Translations under genes and position numbers: made by a program
Assembly (NCBI GenBank): GCA_964584335.1
Contig: CAZOZN010000001.1
Span: 147,882-211,881, forward strand
Source of the DNA: an uncultured archaeon
GTDB lineage: Archaea > Aenigmatarchaeota > Aenigmatarchaeia > PWEA01 > JAGHBM01
Direction: 5' to 3'
Length of the DNA stretch: 64,000 bases
The notes under the pieces: model-generated
What the model was told of the DNA's origin: nothing
Database searches by the model: none
Seen by the model: the letters and a program-made list of their open reading frames with translations, nothing else
Shown: in pieces, positions 39,480 to 48,523 of the stretch
Numbering within the stretch: the stretch's first letter is position 1
How the letters are laid out: each line of letters begins with the position of its first letter

Positions 39480-40082
39480 ATGAAAAAAGGCAAAAAATAT
39501 TTTATCGCGATTATGATAGCTGCCACAGTTTTGGTTGCAGGATGCGTGAGCCAGGGAAACGGAAAAAATCCTGTTGATTACTGTGCTGAAAACGACGGCA
39601 AGATAGTAGAGGGACCTTCAGCAACCGGAAAGATACAGTACTGTCTTTTCGACGAATCATACTGCAGAGTTGAGGAATTCCAGAGCGGAGAATGCCAGAA
39701 AGGAGAAAACTTCTACGAGTGCAGAGCAATGGATACAGAATCCGAGGGTTACTATGACAAGGAAAAAGGAACTCTCATAGCCTGGTACGATTGCGGAGAA
39801 CCAGTTCAACTACCGAATCCGGCTGCCTCTTACTGCGAGAATCAGGGCGGAGAATACGACATAAGAGAAGACCCCAGACCGGAAGGCGGACAATACGGAG
39901 TTTGTATACTGGAGAACGGAACTGTCTGTGACGAATGGGAATATTACCAGGGAGGATGTGAATCCTGCTTGACGTATTGCCAGAAACAGCTACACATAAT
40001 GTGCACAGGAGAATGGAACATAACGGGCGAATATCCGGACTGCAACTGCGAGTGGATATGCGACGAATCAGGACCTGTTTAA
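39480..40082 (+). CDS. Lipoprotein with DUF333 repeats
   Basis: VAGC lipobox; NPVDYC and LPNPAASYCENQGG...CDEWEYYQG. Confidence 0.82.
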   Translation: MKKGKKYFIAIMIAATVLVAGCVSQGNGKNPVDYCAENDGKIVEGPSATGKIQYCLFDESYCRVEEFQSGECQKGENFYECRAMDTESEGYYDKEKGTLIAWYDCGEPVQLPNPAASYCENQGGEYDIREDPRPEGGQYGVCILENGTVCDEWEYYQGGCESCLTYCQKQLHIMCTGEWNITGEYPDCNCEWICDESGPV

Positions 40083-40107
40083 ATTTTTATTTTTGATTCG
40101 GCGGGAG

Positions 40108-41040
40108 TCAATCAACTTTGAAGCTTCCGTCGAGCAACATTCTTATTTCTCTCTGCCTCAAAACTCCGGACTCAGTTATTATCCCGGTTATTAGTTTCCA
40201 CGGTGTCAGGTCAAATGCCGGGTTTTCTATTTCCCCGCCGCTTGCCTCAAGCTCATCGGGGTTTGCTATTTCCCTGTCGGGCCTGTCTTCTATTTCCGAT
40301 ACGTTATCGTAGTCCAGCTTGTCCTTTGATGCGGCAACGAAGAAAGGTATCCCCGCTTCCATGGCAGCGAGAGCGAGTGGATAGGTTCCTATCTTGTTTA
40401 GCACTCCATCCGCCCTTATGGCATCAGCGCCCACTATTACAATATTACAACTCGATACAAGATACGGCCCGGCGGAATCCACTATATAATATATAGGTAC
40501 TCCGTTCTCTACCAGTTCCTTTGCAGTCTTGTATCCCTGATTCTTCGGTCTTGTCTCGGATACAACGACCTTGAAAACACGGTGGTCTTTTTTCGCCTTT
40601 TTTAGTATGTTAAGTACGGAAGAAGAATGACAGTGAGTCATAACAATATAATCGTTTTTCAAAAGTTTTGAGCCGTTGTATGATAACCATTCCTGCGCCT
40701 TTGAAAGATACTTCAGCACAGAGTCAATACTCTTCAAAGTCCTTTTTTCTTTTATGGGTTTGAGGCAGTTGTAAAGGGAAATTCCGGTAGGCCTTGACCA
40801 TACAAGTTTTTCAGCCGATAATGCGAACTCTACTCCGAATTTTTTTTCCTTGGCCACTTCTTTTAGAACCTTTAAGCTTTCAACTGCGATTTCCTGCGCT
40901 CCCTGTATTTCCATTTTCTTTATTTTTCTTGCAGTCGTGTTAACTTTGGTTTTTATTTTTTTCCAGTCTCCGTTTTTATTCTTTTTAATTTTTTTTGAAG
41001 TTTTTTTCTTTGATTTTTTCTTTGTCTTTTTTGCGGCCAA
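40108..41040 (-). CDS. Ribose-1,5-bisphosphate isomerase (eIF-2B alpha/beta/delta family)
   Basis: IQGA, MTHCHSS, ETRP, GADAI, NKIGT, NPAFDLTP; TTG start at 41040. Confidence 0.85.
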   Translation of the reverse strand: MAAKKTKKKSKKKTSKKIKKNKNGDWKKIKTKVNTTARKIKKMEIQGAQEIAVESLKVLKEVAKEKKFGVEFALSAEKLVWSRPTGISLYNCLKPIKEKRTLKSIDSVLKYLSKAQEWLSYNGSKLLKNDYIVMTHCHSSSVLNILKKAKKDHRVFKVVVSETRPKNQGYKTAKELVENGVPIYYIVDSAGPYLVSSCNIVIVGADAIRADGVLNKIGTYPLALAAMEAGIPFFVAASKDKLDYDNVSEIEDRPDREIANPDELEASGGEIENPAFDLTPWKLITGIITESGVLRQREIRMLLDGSFKVD

Positions 41041-41100
41041 ACAACTCACCTGTATAATATAGTAACAATGAGAATAAAAGATTATTTTTTTGTAAATGAT

Positions 41101-41162
41101 AAGCTTAAATCCTTTTGCATGTCAAGCTTAAATTCTTTTCTACAGCTGGGTTTAAATCCTTA
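41101..41162 (+). promoter_or_regulatory. Three tandem TATA-like direct repeats
   Basis: AAGCTTAAATCCTT, AAGCTTAAATTCTT and GGGTTTAAATCCTT, with TTAAAT cores at 41105, 41128 and 41152. Confidence 0.55.
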
Positions 41163-41182
41163 AGAAAATAACTAGATTAACT

Positions 41183-41345
41183 ACGGGGGTGTAACAGTGA
41201 ACGAATGCAGAAAAAATTTACACTCGTTTAATTTTCATGGTTATAATCAGAACACTTTATGTCTCTCTATAGTGAATAGAGTGTTTTGTGATTATGCGGC
41301 CGACAGGCCTAAAATAGTGAGCCCGGACGCGGGTGAATAAGGAGG
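41183..41345 (+). promoter_or_regulatory. Structured 5' leader (or cis ncRNA) with four hairpins and GGAGG SD
   Basis: Manual pairing: 41187-41225, 41243-41295, 41298-41309, 41321-41334. Confidence 0.55.
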
Positions 41346-41352
41346 CAAAAAT

Positions 41353-42021
41353 ATGAAAAAGATTTTAGCCGCAATAATTGCTCTTGCTCTAATTGGAGCA
41401 CCTGCTCTTGCAAGCACACATATATGGACAGAAGTACATAACACTGGTGGTTATACCAAGTTTGCAGAGAATGCTCAGGTTGGAGGAGAGGACTGGTCTG
41501 AAGGAGCAGAAACAACTGATCCAGATGATTGGAACACGCCAAGTAAGAGATATACAGCAAACATTAACCAGGGATTTGAGAACAAAGGTTCTGTTTATAT
41601 GATTAAAGGTGTACATACCCCTACTGCTTGGGAACTTGAAGAAAAAACAGAATTAGTAGGTTCTGGAAAGACAGAAATATGGAAAGAAGTAACAGCATGG
41701 ACAGAAGACAAAAAAGTAGACCCCGAAACCGGAAAACTTGTATATCCAACAAAGGCTTGGGTTGAAGTTGACTTCAGCACACCAAAACCATTCCACGACG
41801 CAGAGAGCTGGTTTGTAAACATGAACATGCCAAGTGCTCATGACGACGATGCGGAACACGGAATTCCTGACGAAGAAGAACAGACAGCATACTACGGTAA
41901 AGCAATAGTAACAGACGAAGATTTTAACTTCTTAGAAAAAGTCGGAATAAACAACTTCCCATGCAACTACCAGATACCGGAATGGCCAGAATATCCTGAA
42001 TTCCACTGGATTGGAAGATAA
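41353..42021 (+). CDS. Secreted protein of unknown function, candidate major surface protein
   Basis: Sec signal MKKILAAIIALALIGAPALA; strong SD; own terminator. Confidence 0.8.
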   Translation: MKKILAAIIALALIGAPALASTHIWTEVHNTGGYTKFAENAQVGGEDWSEGAETTDPDDWNTPSKRYTANINQGFENKGSVYMIKGVHTPTAWELEEKTELVGSGKTEIWKEVTAWTEDKKVDPETGKLVYPTKAWVEVDFSTPKPFHDAESWFVNMNMPSAHDDDAEHGIPDEEEQTAYYGKAIVTDEDFNFLEKVGINNFPCNYQIPEWPEYPEFHWIGR

Positions 42022-42031
42022 AGTTAATTTA

Positions 42032-42078
42032 GATTGGGGGTTTGTCCCAATCACCTTTTATTTTATTTTTTTTGTTTT
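42032..42078 (+). terminator. Hairpin plus T-tract terminator
   Basis: GATTGGG...CCCAATC stem followed by long T runs. Confidence 0.65.
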
Positions 42079-42178
42079 GAGGAAAAGAAGAGGCAAAATA
42101 TAATGGAAGAAAAAATGAAGAAAAAGATAAGTTTAAATACTTATGTATTCACTAAATAGTTATAACGGGGTGTATAAT

Positions 42179-43726
42179 TTGAAAGACAAAATTTTGTGCG
42201 GATTTATGTTAATATTTACTATTGTTTTTTTCTCAGCCAGTTCTATGGCTGATCTTGATATGGATATTAGTGTTGAGACTGACGGAGACGTCAACTACAC
42301 TCAAATAATAGCTGCAAACGGAAGTGTAATCAGCGAGCACAGCATATACGGAAGCGACTCAACTTTGATAGTCAACGGTGTTGACTGGACAGAGTACAAT
42401 CCTAATTTTATAAAGACAAGCGAGGGCTCCTGGTCAAAAGACAGGGGAATAGAAATGTACCAGATAGCCGAGGCATTCGAAAACATGGAAAAGTTCAGGA
42501 AAGGAGATACAAACGAGATAACAGAAGAGGAATATGAAATGCTTATTGCTTTGCTCGGAATTACTGACGAGCAGATAGGAGATTTTTACAATTCTCAGAT
42601 ATCGCCAACTTTGAAAAGCCATTACGACCAGATATCAAACAACATTTACGAAATAATGGCTCTTTACAGGACATTTGAAAAATTACATCCTGATGTTTAC
42701 TGCGAATCAAGAAAAGAGGTTATGAAGGAATACGGACTTAAGAGCGTAAAGTGCGGCCTTCACTCAAAGATATGCTACAACGGAGATTACTACACACAGG
42801 AACTCGGTGAGGATTACTGTATATACACAGACGACGGACATTCTGAAGACGGAATGAGCATTCACCTTGATTACATAAAGGTTTACAAGACAGACGAAAG
42901 CAACCTGATACCAATCGAGCTAAAGCTTTTCAACACAGGCGAAGAAACTTTGAAGCCTGTTATAAAGGTCGACCTAAAGAAATGGGAAAATGTCATAGGA
43001 CATTTTGAAAGGGAATTGGAAGAAGTTGAAGGAGAAAAAACTTACATGCTTGCCATGGATAACGGCGGTTTGAAAGCAGGAGATTATACCCTTAGAATAA
43101 CTATAGACTTGGACAGAAAGGAAATAAACAAAGATGTTGACTTTACTATCTTGCCTGACGGTTCAGTACCAAAGGAGGGAGAAATAGTTTCTTTTGATAT
43201 GAGAACAGGAGAATCAACATTAGATGCAATAATAGATGCAGAGATAAAGAACACTGGCGAATCACCAGCATCTTTCCAGACTTTGGCAAAAATTTACAGG
43301 GAAGGAGAACTTTTGGACGTTATAGAAACTGGAAAAGTTCTCATAATGCCAGAGGAATCAAGAAACTTTGAAATGAATTACAGGATAGAAGACTGGGGAG
43401 AATATCAGGTGGTTTTGAGTTCAGGAGAAAATATGGAAGAAGAGCTTTTGTTTGATGCAGTACCCAACACACCTACCGGAAGATTCATGAGCTCTCCAGG
43501 ATTCGGTGTAATATCATTTATGGCAATCTTGGTTCTGGGGCTTTACGGAGTAAGGTTTGTTTACCACAAGATTGACAGGAAAGGAACAGTAGAAGTTACA
43601 AAAACAAGAAGAAAAAAATCTTCTTCAAAGAAAAGAACAAGATGTGCCGCAAAAACCAAGAAAGGAAAGAGATGCAAGAACTACGCAAAAGGAAAATCGA
43701 AGTATTGCGGGGTTCATAAAAAATAA
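42179..43726 (+). CDS. Secreted, C-terminally TM-anchored protein with Ig/CARDB-like domains and a cytoplasmic C3H zinc-finger-like tail
   Basis: Signal peptide, NTGE motifs, TM, then RCAAKTKKGKRCKN...YCGVH; TTG start at 42179. Confidence 0.75.
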   Translation: MKDKILCGFMLIFTIVFFSASSMADLDMDISVETDGDVNYTQIIAANGSVISEHSIYGSDSTLIVNGVDWTEYNPNFIKTSEGSWSKDRGIEMYQIAEAFENMEKFRKGDTNEITEEEYEMLIALLGITDEQIGDFYNSQISPTLKSHYDQISNNIYEIMALYRTFEKLHPDVYCESRKEVMKEYGLKSVKCGLHSKICYNGDYYTQELGEDYCIYTDDGHSEDGMSIHLDYIKVYKTDESNLIPIELKLFNTGEETLKPVIKVDLKKWENVIGHFERELEEVEGEKTYMLAMDNGGLKAGDYTLRITIDLDRKEINKDVDFTILPDGSVPKEGEIVSFDMRTGESTLDAIIDAEIKNTGESPASFQTLAKIYREGELLDVIETGKVLIMPEESRNFEMNYRIEDWGEYQVVLSSGENMEEELLFDAVPNTPTGRFMSSPGFGVISFMAILVLGLYGVRFVYHKIDRKGTVEVTKTRRKKSSSKKRTRCAAKTKKGKRCKNYAKGKSKYCGVHKK

Positions 43727-43788
43727 GCGCAAATGAAGCCTTCTAGGCTATAAATACTTTTGCGTATTAAATAATATGTGTGGGGGAT

Positions 43789-46700
43789 ATGAGTAAAAAA
43801 ATATTGTTTTTTATATCTATTTTTTTAACTATTTTTTTGTTTTCTAATTTTGCAATGTCTACAACGGAGGAAGGCTGCATAGCTATAGGCGATGAAAAAG
43901 TTGCCTGCGAACCTGAGCCGGAACCTTTATGTTGTCCGCCCACCACTATAACAACAACCACCGTAATTCCTGACGGTTGTGAACTTTTTGAATATACCCC
44001 AAACTACGGCAAGGATACCACAGGTTATCCGGACCCCGGAAATCATGTTTTAACTTCTTCAGAACTTAACAAGGTCAGCTCAAGCAACAACGTTCGTTAC
44101 CAGACAAATGAGTACTGGTGGGGCGGATCTTACGACGAAGACTTTTATTTGCTTTTTGACTTTCCCGAGAGCGGAGAGTCAGGTCTCATAGAAGACAGTG
44201 AACTTGAATTCGAGTTCAATACCGGCTGTTCAAACATAGACTACGCGAGGATACTTGTATGGGATAACGATGCCGGAACCTGGGTAACAAACAACCTGGA
44301 AGACCCATCAACCTCGGACAGGCTTGACGTGGTTGATACAAGTTCATACATAAACACATGGAGCGATGTTGACAACTTCAAGATTAAGTTCCAGGCTCAC
44401 AACGGTTATTGTGGCGGTGTAACAAATCATGACTTTGTAAATTTCAAGATTCTTGTGTGCGGTTGCGCTGACGACAGCGACTGCGATTATCTTGATGATG
44501 ATTATTGTTTGGGAAATTCTGTAATGCACGACGAAGGTGTTTGTGTTGATTATGAATGTAATGTAGAGACAACTTTGGAAGATAACTGTGATGATTACAA
44601 TGATGATTACTGCAGCGATGATTATCACTGGGTTCATCAGACAGGAAAGTGCATGGAAACAGAGGAAGATGCTCAATGTAATATAGCTTCATCTACTGGT
44701 GACTGCAGGGACGAATTCTGGTGCAACGGTGAGGAGGAATGTTACGAAGAGGCCGAAGAGGTCAGGTGTATAGACGTAGAACCGCCTGACTGCAATGACA
44801 ATGTTTCATGTACCGAGGATTCATGCAATGAAGAGTTGGACCAGTGTGATAACACACCGGTTGATTCAAACTGCCCTTGTGACGGATGGTTTGGCATAGG
44901 AGACCCTTACAGCTGTTGTGAAGGTGACTTGCTTTGCTCATGCCAGGATTTCGAGTTCTGGGATTATTTCTGTCATCCTCTAAATGACTGCCAATACAAT
45001 ATAACGGATACTGATACAACCACAAGCGATTGTATTGACTGCAATGATGATGACGGCTGGTATGACACAACTGATACGAGATGGGTTGACATAGACCAGT
45101 GCAACGAGAAGGAAGAGAGAAAAGAGGAATACAGGGATTATACTTGCACGGAGAACTGCGCAGCTTCATGCGATTACAGCATCACTGATGAGAGATGGGT
45201 TGAAACAGGCAACACCAGGACAAAGCCTGATGGAACACCTTGCGACGACGGACTTTTCTGTAATGTTGGAGAGGAGTGCCAGAGCGGTGATTGTACAGGT
45301 GGAACAGACAGAGACTGTTCTTGTAATGATGAACTTTTGGAAACCTGCCTTTACATACCGGACGGAATAGATTACACTTTTGATTTTTATGAATTCACCT
45401 CAGTCTGCGACGAGGACGAGGATGAATGCACCGGGCTTCCGCAGGACTGGGAGGATGATATAACCCATACCTGCAGCGTGGATACCTGCGGTGCGGAATG
45501 TGACGACACAAATCCATGCGAGGAAAAATGTGTCGGCGATACAAGATATTATTTGATTAACGAGGAGTGCCAGGCTGACTGTACCTGTGATTACGGAACT
45601 GAGAACTGTAACAATCATGATGATTGGTACGAAACGGGAAGCACAAGATGGGTAGACACCGGCGATTGTACTGAAAAAGAGCAGAAAGAAGAAGAGTACA
45701 GGGATTATTACTGTTACCTTCCTCCGGAAGGAGTTTCTTGTGATTATGATGTAACGGATTCAAAATGGACTGATACCGGAAATACAAGAGACAAACCTGA
45801 TGGGACATCCTGCAACGACGGACTTTTCTGCACTGTAGGAGACATATGTGAACAGGGAGCATGCACAGGAGGAACAGACAGAGACTGTTCTCATCTAGAA
45901 GACCAGTGCAACGATGGAATTTGTAACGAGGACTCGGACCAATGTGAGAAAGAACCTGCAAACGAGGGAACACCTTGCGACGACGGACTTTTCTGTAATG
46001 TTGGAGAGGAGTGCCAGAGCGGTGATTGTACAGGTGGAACAGACAGAGACTGTTCTTGTAATGATGAACTTTTGGAAACCTGCCTTTACATACCGGACGG
46101 AATAGATTACACTTTTGATTTTTATGAATTCACCTCAGTCTGCGACGAGGACGAGGATGAATGCACCGAAAAACCCAACGATTGGGAAGACGACATAACT
46201 CACGACTGCAGCATAAGTGAGTGCGGTGCGGAATGTGAGGAAGGAAACCAGGGAAGCTGCCCTGACGAAGAAGACAGGTGTACCGGTCCTTACTACCAGG
46301 AAAGATTTTACTCCGGCTGCAGTGACGTATGCACTTGCGAATACGGGGACTGGTCTGACGGGTATTGTGATTTCGACTGCGATGCAAACTGCGAAGTAGA
46401 TGATGATTGCCCGGATAACGAGTGCAGCGAAACTTATAATGATTATTGTAACGGAAACAAACTTGTAGAATATGACAACGACAAGATTATTGATTCAACA
46501 ACTGTTGAAGATTTTGCCGAGGGAATGTGCAATATCGATTGTGACTGTGCGGCAGGAGAAGTTGATTGCTCTCCTCCAGATACAAACACATACTGTGTAA
46601 AGGATTTATGCGGTGCGGAATGTGACAGCGACGACGACTGCGATTCCGGAGTTTGTTTGGATAACTGTATGTGCGAACAGGAGTGCGAGATAACAGTTGA

Positions 46701-48339
46701 CTCCTACTCATGCGAATATGATGATTTATTGGACAGATGGGTTCTTAACGCCTCAGCTTCCTGGAACACTTATGCTGGAGACCATGCACACCTGTACATG
46801 GAATGTTTCGGTTTGAACGGTTCAAAATACTACTCACCCTTTAGCAGAGAAGTTTTTTATGATATTCCGGGCACTTACACGGTGCAGGGAATAGTTCATG
46901 ATGTTTTCCATTTCGAATTGTGCTCAAGCGATGAAGTAGAGGTGGTTTGCGAACAGACGACAACTACAACCACGACAATTCCGACAACCACTTCAACTGT
47001 GGAAACAACTACCACGACAGAAACCACAGTTTCCACAACCTCAACCGTAGATACTACCACAACAACAGAAACATCTGTTTCAACAACAACCGTAGACACC
47101 ACCTCAACCGTTGATACAACATCCACAACAACTACGATAATTACTGATGACACGGACGGAGACGGAGTTAACGATGGAGAGGATAACTGTCCCGAAGTTT
47201 CAAACCCCGACCAGACAGACACGGACGGCGACGGAATAGGAGACGCTTGCGACGATTATCCAAACGACCAGGACAACGACGGATGGAACGAGACAGAAGA
47301 CAATTGTCCTTCTGTGCCAAATCCGGGCCAGGCTGATACAGATAGTGACGGATTAGGAGATGCTTGTGACAACTGCCCAGAGATTTCAAATCCTGGCCAG
47401 GAAAACAACGACGGCGATTCCATGGGAGATGCCTGTGACAGCGACGACGATAATGATGGCATACCGGACGAGGAAGATACCGGCCCGATGGAAGAAGATT
47501 ACAGCAAAGACCACGATAACGACGGAATACCTGACGACAGCGATCCAGACGACGATAACGACGGAATACCGGACGAGGAAGATACCGGACCAATGGGAGA
47601 GGATTATCATTATGACAAGGACAACGACGGCTCAAACGATGCAGAGGACTGTGATGATGAAAATCCGGATGTATACCCCGGAGCTGCGGAAATCTGCGAT
47701 AACGGAATAGACGACGACTGCGACGGTAAGACTGACAGCGCTGACGAAGAATGCCAGACCACCACCACTGTTGGAGGAGGAGGCGGAGGAAGCACCAGAA
47801 GTTACAGCACTCCTCAGGTAGTTTGCGGAAACGGTGTATGCGAAGCCGGAGAGAACAAATGCAATTGTGAAGAAGACTGCGACTGGGTAATGGAATGTGA
47901 TCTTTGCGAAGAGAATGCATGCCAGCCCAGATGCGAAGGCTGCTCTTACATGGAAGAGGTCTGCAAGCCGGTAACACCGTGCTGCGGAAATGATGTTTGC
48001 GAGGAAGGAGAAGACTATGCTACCTGTTCCGACTGCGAGAGACCTGCTGATACAGATGGTGATGGCGAAGACGGTTTTTCCTACTTCGAAGAGAATGAGT
48101 CGATGAGCTTTGAGGGCGAACTCGGAGATGAAGAAACGGGAGGTACAGGATTCGTTATAGGCTCACCGGGAACCATAGTAGCCGGTTTGTTTTTGATAAT
48201 ACTTCTTGTGCTTGGATACCTGGCGTGGGAAAAGAAATGGATATTTGCAGAGAAGGGAGCGGAATCGACACAAACTTCTCAGCAGGAAACCAGCTCCAAC
48301 AGCGGAGAAACTGACGATTTTGCTAATTTCTTTTTGTAA
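43789..48339 (+). CDS. Giant Cys/Asp-rich surface protein with thrombospondin type 3-like and metal-binding repeats, C-terminal TM
   Basis: DNCPxxxNPxQxDxDGDGxGDACD repeats; DCDDENPDVYPGAAEICDNGIDDDCDG; CDDGLFC repeats; ATG 43789. Confidence 0.85.
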   Translation: MSKKILFFISIFLTIFLFSNFAMSTTEEGCIAIGDEKVACEPEPEPLCCPPTTITTTTVIPDGCELFEYTPNYGKDTTGYPDPGNHVLTSSELNKVSSSNNVRYQTNEYWWGGSYDEDFYLLFDFPESGESGLIEDSELEFEFNTGCSNIDYARILVWDNDAGTWVTNNLEDPSTSDRLDVVDTSSYINTWSDVDNFKIKFQAHNGYCGGVTNHDFVNFKILVCGCADDSDCDYLDDDYCLGNSVMHDEGVCVDYECNVETTLEDNCDDYNDDYCSDDYHWVHQTGKCMETEEDAQCNIASSTGDCRDEFWCNGEEECYEEAEEVRCIDVEPPDCNDNVSCTEDSCNEELDQCDNTPVDSNCPCDGWFGIGDPYSCCEGDLLCSCQDFEFWDYFCHPLNDCQYNITDTDTTTSDCIDCNDDDGWYDTTDTRWVDIDQCNEKEERKEEYRDYTCTENCAASCDYSITDERWVETGNTRTKPDGTPCDDGLFCNVGEECQSGDCTGGTDRDCSCNDELLETCLYIPDGIDYTFDFYEFTSVCDEDEDECTGLPQDWEDDITHTCSVDTCGAECDDTNPCEEKCVGDTRYYLINEECQADCTCDYGTENCNNHDDWYETGSTRWVDTGDCTEKEQKEEEYRDYYCYLPPEGVSCDYDVTDSKWTDTGNTRDKPDGTSCNDGLFCTVGDICEQGACTGGTDRDCSHLEDQCNDGICNEDSDQCEKEPANEGTPCDDGLFCNVGEECQSGDCTGGTDRDCSCNDELLETCLYIPDGIDYTFDFYEFTSVCDEDEDECTEKPNDWEDDITHDCSISECGAECEEGNQGSCPDEEDRCTGPYYQERFYSGCSDVCTCEYGDWSDGYCDFDCDANCEVDDDCPDNECSETYNDYCNGNKLVEYDNDKIIDSTTVEDFAEGMCNIDCDCAAGEVDCSPPDTNTYCVKDLCGAECDSDDDCDSGVCLDNCMCEQECEITVDSYSCEYDDLLDRWVLNASASWNTYAGDHAHLYMECFGLNGSKYYSPFSREVFYDIPGTYTVQGIVHDVFHFELCSSDEVEVVCEQTTTTTTTIPTTTSTVETTTTTETTVSTTSTVDTTTTTETSVSTTTVDTTSTVDTTSTTTTIITDDTDGDGVNDGEDNCPEVSNPDQTDTDGDGIGDACDDYPNDQDNDGWNETEDNCPSVPNPGQADTDSDGLGDACDNCPEISNPGQENNDGDSMGDACDSDDDNDGIPDEEDTGPMEEDYSKDHDNDGIPDDSDPDDDNDGIPDEEDTGPMGEDYHYDKDNDGSNDAEDCDDENPDVYPGAAEICDNGIDDDCDGKTDSADEECQTTTTVGGGGGGSTRSYSTPQVVCGNGVCEAGENKCNCEEDCDWVMECDLCEENACQPRCEGCSYMEEVCKPVTPCCGNDVCEEGEDYATCSDCERPADTDGDGEDGFSYFEENESMSFEGELGDEETGGTGFVIGSPGTIVAGLFLIILLVLGYLAWEKKWIFAEKGAESTQTSQQETSSNSGETDDFANFFL
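45232..46168 (+). repeat. 202-bp direct repeat (45232-45433 and 45967-46168)
   Basis: Copies appear identical on manual comparison; offset 735 bp (in frame). Confidence 0.88.
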
Positions 48340-48523
48340 TTTTTTTGTTTCTCTCTTTTTTGTTTTTGCTTTAGTTTCTTATCTAAATTGTTGATTTTTC
48401 GACAGTTAACGAAAAGTATTTAACCTTTCAACTGTTTACCGACAAGTGACAATACCATATTATAAATACTTACCAATTCTTATTCTTACTACTTAATTTA
48501 ATAAAATATCGGGGTGATGTCAT

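Noticed and set aside
41101-41162. Possible mini-CRISPR or replication-origin repeats
   Set aside because: Units are ~14 bp with ~9-10 bp spacers, there are no cas or orc1/cdc6 genes nearby, and the cores look like TATA boxes
45232-46168. Possible diversity-generating retroelement template/variable repeat pair
   Set aside because: Copies are identical with no adenine-specific mismatches, and no reverse transcriptase is present in the window
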